A stretch of DNA of 64,000 nt from Raillietiella orientalis (lineage: Eukaryota). The position numbers and the translations under genes are program-made. The stretch is taken from NCBI GenBank assembly GCA_036172245.1, contig JAYWIR010000009.1, positions 2,666,001-2,730,000 of the forward strand, in the 5' to 3' direction. Shown here in pieces: positions 26,151-39,074 of the stretch. The notes under the pieces were generated by a model, which saw nothing but the letters and a program-made list of their open reading frames with translations, was not told where the DNA came from and did not search any database. Each line of letters begins with the position of its first letter. Within the stretch, counting starts at the first letter, position 1.

Positions 26151-27989
26151 TCGAACTACTCGAGACTTCCGTGTTTTGCGCTGAAGATACTGGTAGAAAC
26201 GCTATCTAGAGGGAGGGGGGGATAGATTTGCTTCCTCTATTGGCAAACTTATCACAGGGATACCTGTTCATAGGAGGGTGTGCTCCCTGTGGCAGATCCA
26301 TATGGGCAAACAGAAACCAGAGGTTGTGGAAGCGAGGCAGGCACCAAGTAAAACGCTGAAGGATGGCTACCCGTTCAGTCAGTTCACGAAACTCGTTGAC
26401 GGCTCCCCTCGCTTCGCACGAGGACGATTAAAAAATCTGAAACCAAAGAATGATTTACCAGTGCGACTCCTTGGCTTTCGTGGAATCCGTATGCCGGATT
26501 CTTCAAGTTTCCAGGAGTATCATCCCGGAAATATTCCCGATACGAAGAATGAAGGAACAGCGCGTTGAGTGTGAAGTTCGGTTTGCCGTCCGCTCCGCTT
26601 GCACTCCTCATGGAGCGCTTTCCCACTTGAAACTCTGGAATAAGTCCCGAGAGTCCCAAAGTCACAAGCTGTTTGTGTTAACCAGCGAAGAAGGCGATGT
26701 CAGGAGACGACCAGAAGGCATGAAGAGTCCCATCTCCCTTCACTTGGCAACGGAAACTCTAGTTCGCACATGTAGCTCAGAAAGTGCAAGAGCTGTGGAG
26801 AAAGACAAAAAGGTAACCGAAATGCTTTTGAAGAGGATTCCCGCCTGAGGGCAACTGGTTTCACCCGGGAGATTCCTACGCGCTGAGCTCGTGCTGCTAC
26901 GTCATTGAAAATGCGCGCAAATGTCCTGTTCTCTGGATGGCCATTTCCGGAATGGTGGCTCCCCTTGAAGTTCAAATTCCTTCAGCATGCAGAGGGACAT
27001 TCAAGGATCTCATGGACAGCTCTCTCCTCCTACAGGAATTGCAAGTGCTTCCCTGTAGTGAAAAAGCAACGGAAATGGGGGAAAGCGAAAATCGCAGAAT
27101 GATGTTTGGAAAAAACTGTTCAGTATCCCAGCTGGAGCTTGTGGAAATTTCTGTAGAAGTTTCCGCTAATACTCTCCTTTTCCTTTTGCTTGTGGGTTTG
27201 TCTCACTTTGCGTTGGGTCACCACGAAAGGAAAATAGGTCTGGAGTTGTTCGAAGGTTGCATCTTGCTGCGCACTTGAGAATCTCGGATCTTCTTTGACG
27301 GTTTCTATTTCAAGCAGTTTCTGGGTGATCAGATGCAGAGGTGATCCGTTTTCCGCCTACAGAACGCTGGCAGTTTTCAACGATAAGTCTTCGAGAGAGT
27401 GATGATGGTGTCCATGAGATGATTTGGAACTCGGCGAAGCTCGCAGGAGCCCTGGTATGACTGTATACGTCATTGTCAGGGAAATGGCGACTCTGTGTCC
27501 TAATCTTAGAAGGGTAACTGGAATTTCATTTGTTCTAATCTCTTGATGTTGTCCTCCAAAGACAACTACTTGGGAGAACCTGTCTGCTCCTTGAAGCAAT
27601 TAAAGGACTGCCGCAGCAGATTCTTTTTTTCTCGTGGTTATTCTACTTTCAGTAACTTCTCTTCAGCTGCCAGAAATCTGCAACCGTTCAGAAATTTTGA
27701 TCGCAACTTCAAGAGGAGTCATGTCTTTTATATGTTGATGGCAGCGAGAGTACGTTTGTCCAAACGTAGCACTTCATTTTCGATCAGAAATCACGAAGAC
27801 GGGAAGAATCGCTGTTTCAAAAATGGAGGAGGTCGGGTGTACCGGAAGCTGTTTGTTGAGTCACTTCTATCTGATGGACCTCCATGGCTGCACCGTTCGG
27901 TGGGCTCCTGGATTCACGGGGTTTCCGTATTGGGAACGCCCTCAGCTTCTTGGAGATGGACCCTCTCCATGGATCGAGGTGGCTTCATG

Positions 27990-29200
27990 GAATCTCACAC
28001 CTGTTTCGAAAACTCCGACCTCTGTGCTGTATGCGGATACAGAGTTACCGTCATGCAAAATATCGATTCCTGCAACTTCCGCTCAGCCAGCTCAAGTCTC
28101 ACTTCGGTAGAGGTTCGGCAACTGATGGAAATCGACAGCCTCGTGGAACCCGGATTCGGAGAAATGATCACAAGGTCACCTGAAGAATTGATCGGCAAGC
28201 TGATGGTCGGCTGGAAATCGTCCCAGATAGCCTTTCGTTTGAGGAGAACAAGATTTACGATCCGATTCGTAAAAAGCCACATCAGAGTGCAGCACGGGGG
28301 ATACGGAATGAAATGGCGCGCAGTGGCGCAGGGAACACCGAATGGGCTGTGGATCTTTGCGACGTGAAGGATGCATAAATTAAGCGCGTGCAGATGCGGG
28401 GGAAACGACGTGCAAGAAATTTTCACCAGGTCGCTTTGCACAGCAACGGAAGGATCCTTATGAGAGATGGGCTAAAGAGCGGGATGTGGGGACCTGGAGG
28501 AGCGAATGCAGCACTGGAAGCACGTAGCTGAGGTCTCCTCACCTGAAGAGCCCCGTGGGAACCCCAAAGCCACCTCTCGCTGAGCGAAAGGGACTCTGCT
28601 TGCCTCCGATGGAAGCTCTCTCCTGAGTGCTTTCGCTGCTTTCGGCAGCCATGACGAGGCGCTGCGGCAGCTCGGACCCGCCTTCCAGCTTCCTCCCCTG
28701 CACCAATTTCCAAACGCGTTCCGTAGGGGACCGGGTTTCCGCGAAACGGACAAGGATTTTCGGACATTGGGTTCCATCCGCGCGCGGCGCTGCGAGCTCG
28801 CAGCAGCTTCCCCAGAAATGTGCTCTTCGCCTAATTTAATCTTTCTCAGTGCATTTCTGTGTAAGCCTCCACAATAAAGGTAAATCATAGAAGCAGTCGT
28901 TTTTACACTCCTGGAAGAAATCAAAGCAGATCTATTCGGAAACGACATGCCGCTAATTTCATTTCTCAGTGAGTTTTCCATGCATTCATCCCCTTCGTCC
29001 CGGTGAGGAAGGAAAATTTCCCACAGGATTCCGAAACCGCGCGCTCCTCGGAAGGAGTTGTTCCTGCAGTCCTTCGCGGTACTCCGGGCGCTTGCAAGAG
29101 CGATTCCGTGGACGGAATCCTCAACCTTCCGGAGAGGATATCCACTGTCACTTGTTGAACACGCAGCGCAAGGTGATAGTCGCAGTGATGCCAAGCGCCG
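27990..29200 (-). pseudogene. rep: Probable CRESS Rep, decayed, possibly interrupted by a LINE fragment (~28420-28800)
   Basis: SDSGYPL (ExGxPH), FGVPCATA (Walker A position), KAIWDDF (Walker B) and IFCMT (motif C). Confidence 0.4.
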
Positions 29201-29599
29201 CGCAGAATCGGCTGCGCACGGAACCGATCGAGATTGGTTTCTCCGTCATCCCCCCGCGCAGCTGAGAAGATCAGACGCGGGAGCCACAGATGCTTCCGAC
29301 AGCACCTGTGTGAAAAAAACACACACAGCAGATCAGGAAACGGAAACACAAGCTTCAATCCATCCCTCGTTTCATTCCTGCATCCGAGGAATGCATCCGG
29401 GGATGTGAGGTCACAGACGTCCAGGCGAGCCCAGACGTTCTTCCCGAATTCCGCAATTCGAATGCCTCGCTCCCTCCGCGCGACGCGCGAAGGAGCAAAT
29501 CATTGTACTAAATTAAGATTTATACCGCGAGATATGTCAAGTTTTCCTTTAATGAGCTGACAAAAAAAGAAAAGAATGTCCGACCCGGAACACGTGGGT

Positions 29600-30800
29600 G
29601 TTCTGTGAACCTTTCCACGTTTCGGTTTTAAGACATGTTGTCGATTCGGGAATCGTAAAAACCCGGAGATCTTCTTGCGCGCGCCTTGGAATACCAGGAT
29701 GTCCCTCGTAAATCTCCGGCTGGATCCCAAATATTTAGACAGTGGTTTCGAGTTTTCATTTTCCTGGCTCGCTGCTACTGGCGCCGCTGCGCGAGCTGAA
29801 TCGGCGGAGCAGCGAATGATTTGCTGGAAATGTGCCATTCCTCGAGTTGGTGCTTCACCCGTTCGTGAACTCGGGGCCGTTCTTCTTACGGTCGGCCCGA
29901 AAATTGTGCAAGTCCGGAGCATGGAATTCGGAGACTTCGCAATGCCCCTTTGGTACCTGAGAAGGAACGCCTTCGCTGCCCTCCCCTCCCCCCCGGGTAC
30001 AATTCCGACTGCCATGCGCGGGAAGGTGACCAGGCAACCGAGGGATGCTGGCTCGTCACGAGGTTCCGCGCGCATCACGGCGCCGTCCCGTCCGTTTTCG
30101 GCAGGTCACGAAACGGCAGTGCCTCTCTCGCCCGGTGAAGAGCGAAGACGCAGACGGGTCATTCGCTAGCCGTGAGCACTGAATGGGAGACGGCGTGAGA
30201 ATGACTAACCCAGACTTCGGGGTTCGGCAGCTGGAAGAGTCATGTCAAGCGGCGAAGTTTGGCAGCAGGAGTACCAAACAAGCTGAGCAGAGGTAGGAGC
30301 CGGTCCAGAGACAGATGATACGATGAGGGAAGGAATGATTGCTCAAGTTCAGGAACCCGAAAAAGGAAAAGGGACCTTATCCGCACAGAATCACAATTAG
30401 CCCTTCTTCGCGTGCCGTCTTCCGCTCATTGTCCTCTCACCGAGGAGCACGCCGCTCCCAGAGATGCGAGAGATACGTTGGAGCTCATCCCAAAAGATGC
30501 CGACGGCCGCCTCCATCTTTCGATCACCTTTTTGCGGTGCAGAACGATGATGGAGTGAATGTTTTTTCCATTCCCCGCTTCCAGTTCGGAAAGCACGTGA
30601 TCCTGGGTTTTCAGGGACGAACTTTTCAGGTATCTTATCAAGGCTTTCATCTGAATTTATTTTCGTGAGTTCCTGGAGCTGCTCTAGTGGTTTATGATGG
30701 GGACTTTCCCCCCTCCACGGAGTCAAAACAGTTAGGGCCGAGATAAATGAGTTCCTAGTGGGATACTGCAAAGTGCTCTCTCGTGGTGCCCTGCCCACTG
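29600..30800 (-). pseudogene. rep: CRESS Rep (geminivirus/genomovirus-like), decayed
   Basis: RNSFIS (KNxFLT), ELEAGNGKNIHSIIVLHRKK (ELHxDGxxHLHxLIxFxxK), AEDG (KEDG), RTCTIFGPT (SLxIxGPT Walker A) and KYLGSSRRFT (KxxLGxQxxF). Confidence 0.55.
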
Positions 30801-31099
30801 GATCTCCCTTGAAGCAGGCATTCCATACTTTTCCGCTTCCCACTTCGTAGACCGAGCCCAACTCAGCCACTCCTTTCCCAACTCGGAGCGCTCGATGTCC
30901 AGCGCAGCTGAAAGCACCTCTGCCGCCCCCGGTCGACTCTGCGCCGTGGCAGAGAAATGCCAAAAGAGAATAAAAAGAGGCACAAAAATTGGGCTTCCTT
31001 AGCGACGCACCTCTTCTAATGGCGTGAATCCCTCGTTTCCCGAAAACTTCAAGGAAGGACTTCAAGGAAAGTTGGGAACTGGCTGGGCTGCTCTTCCAA

Positions 31100-31850
31100 G
31101 GGAAAGGGAGTTTCCCGTGCCCAAGGATGTGTACTCTGTCAATCAGTCAGCACAAAAATGGGTGGAAATCCTAAAGGTGGTTGCGCGTGGCAACAGCAGA
31201 GCTTTGGCCAGATGAGTAGCTTTCGGCCGCCTTTCCACTTGTGTCTCGCGCTCCATCGGCTCAATGCTCTTTGATTCCTCTCCTGCCTTCTGCACTATGG
31301 CTACGGGTCCGTTTGTCCACTGCTTTCGATTGAACTGCGAGGCCAAAATGAGTGTGATGTGATTTTCCGGATCGGATCCTTGGAGTCAGAGGCGATAGCC
31401 TGCGTTTTCAGCTGTAGCTGAATCCCATTCCTACCGAAGGTGCAGCAGATCTTCACGCACAGATACATCTACCTCTGGATCGCACAAGATGCTGTCCAAG
31501 GATGGGAACAAACCACGGAGAAGCGGTAGTGGCTTCTGCTGGAATTACATCTTCAAAGATGCATCCTTTGCTTTCGATTTCTGTGCGATTTTTCAGCATC
31601 CTCATGTTACCGAGCCGCTATCGGTTTCATTTGGCCACGACGTGCCTGCCATTCATTCGGAGGTCGGTTCAGTGGTCATCATGAATGACAGAAAACAGGG
31701 TATCCCTTTTTCTGATTCAGGAAAACGTCAGCGGACGGGTTGAGCGATTTATCCACAGATAGGGAATGAGCCTCTCCATTGGATTCACTTCGTGTGCCGG
31801 AAAAACCTGTGAAGAGGAATCAGATGTTCCCGTTCACCACCTCTGTACAA
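31100..31850 (+). pseudogene. rep: Probable CRESS Rep, decayed
   Basis: RSGSGF (Walker A), SVVIMND (VVIxDD), AIYP (DRYP) and IGFTS (IxxTS). Confidence 0.4.
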
Positions 31851-32199
31851 GCCCTCCTTTGCTACAGTGGCGAAGGAACTTTTTCTTATTCCTTTTGGGG
31901 GGCTGGCTTGCGTGACTCTAGGTCAACTGTCCACACGTCCGTCTGCGTGTAGGTTTCCCAGTATGTGGCTGCCCATTTCTAAATGTGTGATGTTCAGATA
32001 GCGTCAGTACTCTCCGTGGAAACTTGATTTATTCCTTTACGCCCTCTGCGCCGTGGTGTGTCCTTGAGCCCTTGGCTATTAAGCATTTCTCTGGAATGAT
32101 CACAAAGGTCAATAATGTTCTTTCAGACCACCATTTCCAAACAGTCCACATTTAAATCATGGAGATACGTTTCCAGGCTTGGAAGAGAAATTTCGAATT

Positions 32200-33260
32200 T
32201 CATCATCAATGCGCGCATCAATTATCCTACGGAGGAGGACGTTGATAAATGCGAGCTCTTTCTCTTCCCTGCTACCACAATTCCACTGGAATGGGAGGCA
32301 GCTGTTTCCTGCTCGCGGCTTCTGCTCCGATGCGTGCTGCTAATTCTTCATTCCATGATTTTTGGGCTCTATGGTTCTCCCAAACATTATCGAAAACCAA
32401 AAAGGGGATCCTTCTCGCACCATCCATATCAGGCTCTGTTTTTATTTGTCCTTTGACATTTTTGGACGATCTCCCGGAAATGAGATCGCCCAGCCACGGG
32501 GAAATCTGAACGAATGCGGTACGTGCGCCATCCCAAAGACCCACAATAAGAGGAAATCTTTCCAGATCGCCCTGGTATCCTTCCATCTGTAGACACACCT
32601 CCAGACAAATGACCCTCGTGTTTACGATTACTGAGAGGTCATAATCACGCTCGACTCTTGCATATGAAGGGGACACTTACTGGAAGTTGCATGTGGAACT
32701 CCTTGCTGGGCACTCGAGAACACTCTGGAAGCTAATGAAGGAAATGTGTGTGGCTTGGGCAGCGTCGTCTCTGTGCTGTGCACCCTGTTACTAAGGGGAA
32801 TGGTCGTGATCAGCCTACTGATCTCTGGTGATGCTCTCCTCAGCTCCCCTGATGCTGGAGAATGCTTCCAAAGGGTCACCGGCTCACTACGGAAAGATGA
32901 GCTGAGAAGCAGCAGCCGCGATGGCACTTCCCCTGGCTCAGCACACGGTGCTTCCCAGGAGTAGCAGTCGATTCGGGGAATGGAGGGAACGTGCCTGGCT
33001 TCGCCTTGACTGATTCGAGGGGGATGCAGTGCCACCGTATCCCGGTGATGACATCTCGAGAGTAGGTACACACGCCCAAATGCCAAACCAAGAGCACAGT
33101 ACGTGAGCTCAAGGGCGCGGTGCTAAAAGGCACGCAGGTCGTGGGTGTCGCGTGTGCTCGTGTGACCACGGACCTCGCTGAAACGGCATCGCATTTTCGA
33201 ACCCTTACCGAGTGAATTCTGACCCTGAATTTCTTCGAGCGTTTCCTAAACATTCGGGAC
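32200..33260 (+). pseudogene. rep: CRESS Rep (circovirus-like), decayed
   Basis: RINYPTEED (TxNNPTEED), LPNIIENQKGDP (HIExAKG), GECFQRVTG (KWFDGYxG), LESRY (DRY) and ELKGA...RVTT (ExKG...ITS). Confidence 0.6.
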
Positions 33261-33599
33261 GGCATTCACCCATGCATATGATGAGAAGGTCCTGAACGTC
33301 AGTATGATGAAGGTGGTGATGGAATGTTTTCACAAGACAAGCAAAAAAAAAAAAAAAAAACGTTTGGTTTCAGCGGAATGCGCGACTCGAGCTTCACTCC
33401 AAAGGTATCTGCGAAAGGAAGAGGCGGGATTAAAAGTAAAATAAAAAAAAAATAAAAGTGGTGAAAAGGCGGCTGCGAATTTTTCTCGCTCTTCAGATCA
33501 AGCATTTGTCGAGGGGAGCAATAAACTGGGAAGCCGTTCGGGCTGTGAATCCTGCGGATCATGGCAGCTATGTGTGTCTCGGACTTGCACGGAACGCAG

Positions 33600-34570
33600 C
33601 TAACACGTGCCGGCCGTAAATCGTGCAAGGAGAAAGTCACTTGCACACGCTGGCCTAAAAATAAGTGAGGAATCCATCTGAAGCTTCAGGGGCCAAGTAT
33701 CGTGAACTATGCAAGGCAGAGTGGATTTTTTGGAGAGGCGTTCCTTGAAGGAGCGTTCCCCTTGCCAGCGGAATTGGATCGCGGAAGATCCCGAGTGACC
33801 TTGGCCTCTCCCTAACCCTGCGTGAGGCACACGTCTGATTTTTATTGGCCACGGTGTTATCGACGGGAGCAGCACGGAGAGCGGCACCTTGCAGCAGAAG
33901 AGAAACACGGAAAAAGGATACAGTCGGGAAGATTCCCCACATTCCTTTCGCTGGAGCGAATTCCATCGTGTGCGCTTTTCCGTGATGGCGCGAAAGTCCA
34001 AAGACAAATTGCAAGTTGGTTTGGTCCGAGAAGGCCACTCAGCAGCGCGTGCCGATGTCCCCGGGGAAGGTTCCAAGACATCCCGGCGCCCTTTCTTTGA
34101 TCTCGTGATGGATTCTGTGAGGCACGCGAGGAAGAGGCGAGGTGCTTCCATTGCCGAAGCTGGTTCCGAAATCCTGACCCCTCCTCACATTCGCTTCCCA
34201 GGACGTTGTCCACCCTCCGCACTCGCGAAACGGGAATCGGGAAGTCATCGCCATGATTCTCAGTTTCCCATGCCGAGTTCCCGCATTCCTAACAGGACGC
34301 TGGCCATCAGGATCCGAGCGGTGCCGTCGCACAACGCACACAGCTCGGCGGGATGTCCGAACACCGGAACATCCGCACGCTTAGCTTCCAGATCCTTCAG
34401 AACATTCCGATGCTTGTGGGGAAAATCTGGATTTGCAAGGACAACGCTCCACGCTGCCAAAAGGAATCACAGCAGCAGCCATGCTTGATGGTGCAGGTAT
34501 TGGACCACCCATGATGATTTCATGATGAATTGTCATTAAATTCAAGTATACGGTGTAACAGAACTGTTGT
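33600..34570 (-). pseudogene. rep: CRESS Rep (circovirus-like), decayed
   Basis: QFCYTVYLN (WCFTxNN) and VERCPCKSRFSPQA (ExCPxTGRxHxQG) in ORF 34381-34659(-). FVFGLSRHHGKA (Walker A) in 33655-34038(-). HDTWPLKLQMDSS (DRYPLxVExKG) in 33600-34151(-). Confidence 0.65.
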
Positions 34571-35049
34571 TTCCGTCGTCGTCCTACCCCTCCCCCCCCA
34601 AAATGCCCTGAAGCTGACCAGCGGAATGAATGCTCCTGCAAGAGCACAAATGGTAGCACACGCCTTGCAAATCTGCCTTCAGATTATCAAGAAGATGTGC
34701 GTCTCCCGGGAGGGTTGGGAAAAAAATCGCCCGCTCTAAAATTCATTTTAGAACGAACCACTTGAAATCGGTGATCGAACACTTTCCGGTAATGATGCGT
34801 GCTGCGATCGGATTCCACCGTTTTGTACAACAGTTGTGTGTTTTCCTCACAGGGTACTTCGCACAAATGGTACACGTAGGGCACCAGATGCAAGCAGATT
34901 GTGCATGAAACGAACGTGGGCTTTGAGAAACTGAAATATTGTACTGCCATGAAGTACATCAAAACATTGCAATTAATCTACAATGCACGCACATGCACAA
35001 CATGCGAATTAAAAAGAATGAATATATGTTTAAAGGAAGTCATTTTTTA

Positions 35050-35637
35050 TCCTTTGGTTTCTTTTTTTATGGTCTGCTAAGTACTGCAGAACCCTTCGCC
35101 TAGGGGCTCACGAAGCTCTTGAAAACTGTACCACACCACCCGAGGGTGCGTGTTACTCTTCAGCTTAGGAAGGGAGGAAGAGGAGAAAGAAGAGAAAGAG
35201 AAGAAAGGAAGGAAGAGGAGGAGGAGAAGAAAGGGAGGAAGAAGGAGAGGAGGAGAAAGGACCCAGGAGGGACCATCCTACGAGTCCAAGAAGGCTCCCG
35301 AAGAAGGAGTCCGTTCTCCTTAAGTTTTGTAAGCGAACCCCAAAGGGAACCATCTCTTTCCTATTCTTTCTGGAGGGACCTCCCGGAGGAAGTTTCTACT
35401 CGCTTCTTATCAGGAGGAGTCCCCCGCAAGGAAACCGTTCCTTGCTTCCTCCTCCTCGGAATAGAACTATGAAGGGATACTTGAGAATTTTCTCTAGAGG
35501 GAGCTTTCTCGAAGAGGAGACGCAAATTCGCAGCCCAAAAGGACTTCTTGGTTCCTGGAAGGATCCCCGAGGTTGCAACTCCAATCCTGGGCAGTCAACC
35601 GGGACATCCCATTTCCGACTTCCACCAGTGACGCACC
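35050..35637 (-). mobile_element. SINE 3' part (head at 37089-37230)
   Basis: cacccgagggtgcgtgttactcttc 3' module and body; contains a GA-rich tract at ~35170-35260. Confidence 0.75.
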
Positions 35638-37088
35638 TTGAGGAGGCTGGCCACCTTCTCCCCTGCTTTTTTCTGCATCTCGCTATGCAGCATTCGAAAG
35701 CGGACAAACGACCTCCTCCGAATCGCCCTCTGGAGCAAAGGGAGGCCCTGAGTCCTCCTGAGGGACTTGTGTGCCCCGCGCAGGGATGGCAGCCTAGGCT
35801 TCCTCCTGAAGCTGGAGCGAATGGAGTTGCAGCTCCAGTTTCGAACACTTACCCTCGTGGCAAGCCTCTGCAGCGCCAGCTGGTGCCATCCTGCACGTCT
35901 TCTCGTTTAGCAGGCCACCAGCAGCGTGGGACTCGCTTCCTTCCTTGTGCACCCTCCACGTACTCTCATCCACTGCGAACGGCTCCTGCGGCAGGTGGCC
36001 ACGCTGGCCAGGAAAAACGGATGGATCCCGTGACTCCCTGCGAACGGTGGTGCCTGGTTGCAGGGAACCGTTCGCACGTGGGCGGGGATCCATTAGCCAA
36101 GCGCGGAACAGGTGCGAGGTTTCCTGTACGCGCGCAACAACAACTGCACGCTCTGCGGAGATGCTGGAAGATCCCACGATGGTGGGCAAGCAGAACCTCC
36201 TTCACCACCGCTCTGCCATGCCTTAGGGAGCACGTGAGCAGCAGCCTCATGGCTAGATGGGAGGTCACTAGGAAATCTCCGGAAGGAGGAAAGGACTGGG
36301 TGAGTGAACGATGGGCCAGCTCACCGACGCTGCGACCCCGAGTGCTCGACCTCGTGGACTTTTGCGCTTGGGAGTGCTACTGGGTATTCCGGAAAAAGAA
36401 TTGCAGTTGCTCCCGGTGCTGATCAGCACCCGCACCCTCCCATTGAAGTGGCAGAAGTCGGCGTTGATGCTGCTGCACTGGGGCTTTCAGTGCTACGCCT
36501 GCCGGCATCACTGGACACGGGGTGTGTGCTGTGGAAGGTGCGGGGAGCAGGAATCCCTCCCTCACCTCCTAGTGGACTATGTTGCTTTGCTGCGAACTTG
36601 GAAACCTCGGAGGCAACGCCAGGGTCGTTTGAAAGCGCCTCTTCCTGCGCGACCCCCTCACGGCCGGCCAGCACTCTTCAGCACTCTGCTGTCCACGTGG
36701 AGGGACAGTGACTGCATGGAACAACGCCAAAGGCAGCCAGGGAGACAGGGACGCCATGTATTTTGGGTTCTCTTCATGAGGATAGGGCCAAGATGGCCTC
36801 ATCTGGGGATCGTGAAACAGGAACTTGTCCGCATCCTTACAAAGACGCAGAAGTCGCCCTCCAGCATCCGGTGATCCCTTCCGGAACCTCTCCACTTTTT
36901 TAACTGTATGGTTTTCGTTTTACTTTTTTCTCTTTGTTTGTCTTCCCTTCCCCTGTGCTGCCGAGGTGAACGCCGCTGGCCTGCATGCCAGTTCCCGGTA
37001 GGATCCTTGTCGTAGTTATAGGTAACGTGCCCTGCCACATAACGGATGTTTATTGTATAAATAAAGGTCCCGGAGTGACCGGTTGTCA
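35638..37088 (+). mobile_element. 5'-truncated L1/Tx1 LINE (zf-RVT C-terminus and 3' UTR) inserted in a SINE
   Basis: LLHWGF...CGRCGEQESLPHLLVD, a T-rich 3' UTR, AATAAA and cccggagtgaccgg. Flanked by accagtgRcgcRcc at 35624-35637 and 37089-37102. Confidence 0.85.
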
Positions 37089-37230
37089 ACCAGTGGCGCG
37101 CCCGAAGCCTGCAGGTCAACCTGCGCCATCCTGTGGAAGGGACTGGCAACCTACGACGCACCCATCTTTCGGCCTCGACCCTTTCCCCGGCGGCATTCGA
37201 ATCCGCAAGCTTGGCGCCACTCGCGGAGAC
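37089..37230 (-). mobile_element. SINE head
   Basis: Minus strand gcggattcgaatgcc B-box-like sequence, then gatgggtgcgtcgtagg...gacctgcaggcttcggg as at 41280-41340. Confidence 0.7.
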
Positions 37231-37329
37231 ACCGCAGCCGCGTTGTCGCCAACGCAGGGGTGTGGCTGCACGCACCTGCCATCTGCTGATCCTCATCATC
37301 GATATGCATCTCTCACACAGCAAATGTAT

Positions 37330-38000
37330 TTTTGAAGAATGATGCGCATGTTATGTATATGTATTTGCTTGCGAACGGGCAAAACATTCAAGTATGGAAA
37401 TGTGCGTTCGGCCTTTTTTGTCATCAGGGGGCCCCTTACTGATTTGGTTTGTTTATTAACAACACTGGATGTGAACATTTGCTACTGGCTGTGTCGATAG
37501 CAACGAAGGGGACGCACCTGTCGTGCTTCCGTCCCTAAATTCCCTTGATCTAATCTCCAAATTGAGGACAGAGTCACATTTCCACTTTTCCAGTTCCAGA
37601 GCACCAGTAATTGTTTTGTTTTTGATGGCTGCCTGAGGTGTTGACGATTCTTCGCGGGGAACATGCACCTCTGGTCGCCCACATTCATCCCGAAAACGAC
37701 TTAGGAATGCCCTTTAGTTTTCATTTCACTTTTTTCTTGTGCATCTTCATCTTCAGGCGCGAACATCCATTTCGCGGATCAACGATGGCTCACCTTTCTG
37801 GCTGACTTCAGCAGCTCTGGAATGCAGATGTGCTCAGCCGCCGGTGCCTTTCGATTCTCTCGCATCTGAGCATTCAGTTCTGCGGATGAAACTTTCGACA
37901 GTTCCCTTTTGCCGAGGGCCTCCTTTGCGTATCAGTGGTCAGTAATGCTTCATAATCCCATAGACGAAGGATTCATCTGTGCATTTATTTCTCGTTTCCA
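37330..38000 (-). pseudogene. rep: Probable CRESS Rep (nanovirus-like), decayed
   Basis: FVYG, LLVLWNWKSGNV (IxWxWxxxGN) and SVRGPLMTKKAE (KxGxLxSxKYE). Confidence 0.4.
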
Positions 38001-38089
38001 AATTTGCTAAGCGACTCTTCTTAGATGAGCAAGCGCCATCGTTGCGGATGCTAATCCATTTCCCTTATAATTTCTGATTTATCTCGTAG

Positions 38090-38870
38090 TTGGTGTCTGA
38101 TTCAACTAAGATGGTCGCGAAACGAATAGCACGCGGTCGCCATTCTTTGGCTTCTGCAGCCTTCTTTTCGTTCCGGAAGAATCGCAGCATTTTATACCCG
38201 CGTGCAAGCATCAGAAGGCAGCATCGACCGCTCTCAGAAGAATTCAGGCTCTGCAACTCGGAGCTGAGTTCCGAGTCCACCATTCGGATGGAACCCTCAA
38301 CGGCGGCTGCAGAAACCACGATGCAGCACGAAGACCCCGGTTTGTTTGAAGACACCGATCCACATTTGCCACATCCCCTGGAGTCGGTTTGGATTCCAAT
38401 TGAAGTTCCAACTTCATTCTGGCTGCTATTCCCAGGATCTCAAACTCGTTCGCACAGCGTTCCGGCGTTCATTCTAGCACGAATCCCGTTTGCTTGTAGC
38501 AGGGAATACCTCTGGTCTGATCAAATACAAGATCAGCTTTCTGTCCTCTTCAAGTTTTCGGCTCTTCAGCATGCGTTTGCATTTGTCTTCTTCTTCCCAG
38601 CAAACCCGCGGCAAAATAGCCTGATGAAGGAATAGGAAAGTCAGGCGATTTCGAGCGAATCGTGAAAGTGCCAAAAGAAACGAGCGATCGGAAACCCTGA
38701 GCATGCCAGGAGGGAACCGCGGCATGAGATGCATTCAATTTTGGAAGAGATAGGTAAACCTCCGTTGTTTCCGGCGTTTCTTGCAGGTCTTCTGTTGCTG
38801 GGATTGCATGGAGTGAATGCGCTTCGAGAGCCGCAGCTGCCCCATGGATTTCGACGTAACGAGGACGAAC
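38090..38870 (-). pseudogene. rep: CRESS Rep, decayed
   Basis: QETPETTEVYL (ExxPETGxxHL), SRGCGKC (Walker A GCGKS), LLMLARGY (LLxLxDxY) and WRPRAIRFAT (motif C region). Confidence 0.55.
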
Positions 38871-39074
38871 CACCGAGTCGGGTCATCATCTTTCAAGGTC
38901 ACCGTGACTGCCCTAACGAACCATCGTTGTCTTCAAACTAGGCGAGAGGCCAGCATAATTCCTTCTAGCCGGTTACTTGAAGGTTACTCCGCATAGCAAA
39001 CACTTCCACGAGTCAAAGGCATCGAATCGGAGGCATAAATGCAAGTCTGCGCTCTCATTCCACCGCAGTGATTT

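Noticed and set aside
27543..28367. 274-aa ORF as a real gene or Harbinger-type transposase
   Set aside because: No convincing DDE triad; the antisense strand has Rep-like motifs, so the ORF is likely spurious.
35442..36422. Longest ORFs (e.g. 326 aa here, 289 aa at 22701-23570) as host CDS
   Set aside because: They are off-frame or antisense readings of LINE and SINE sequence.
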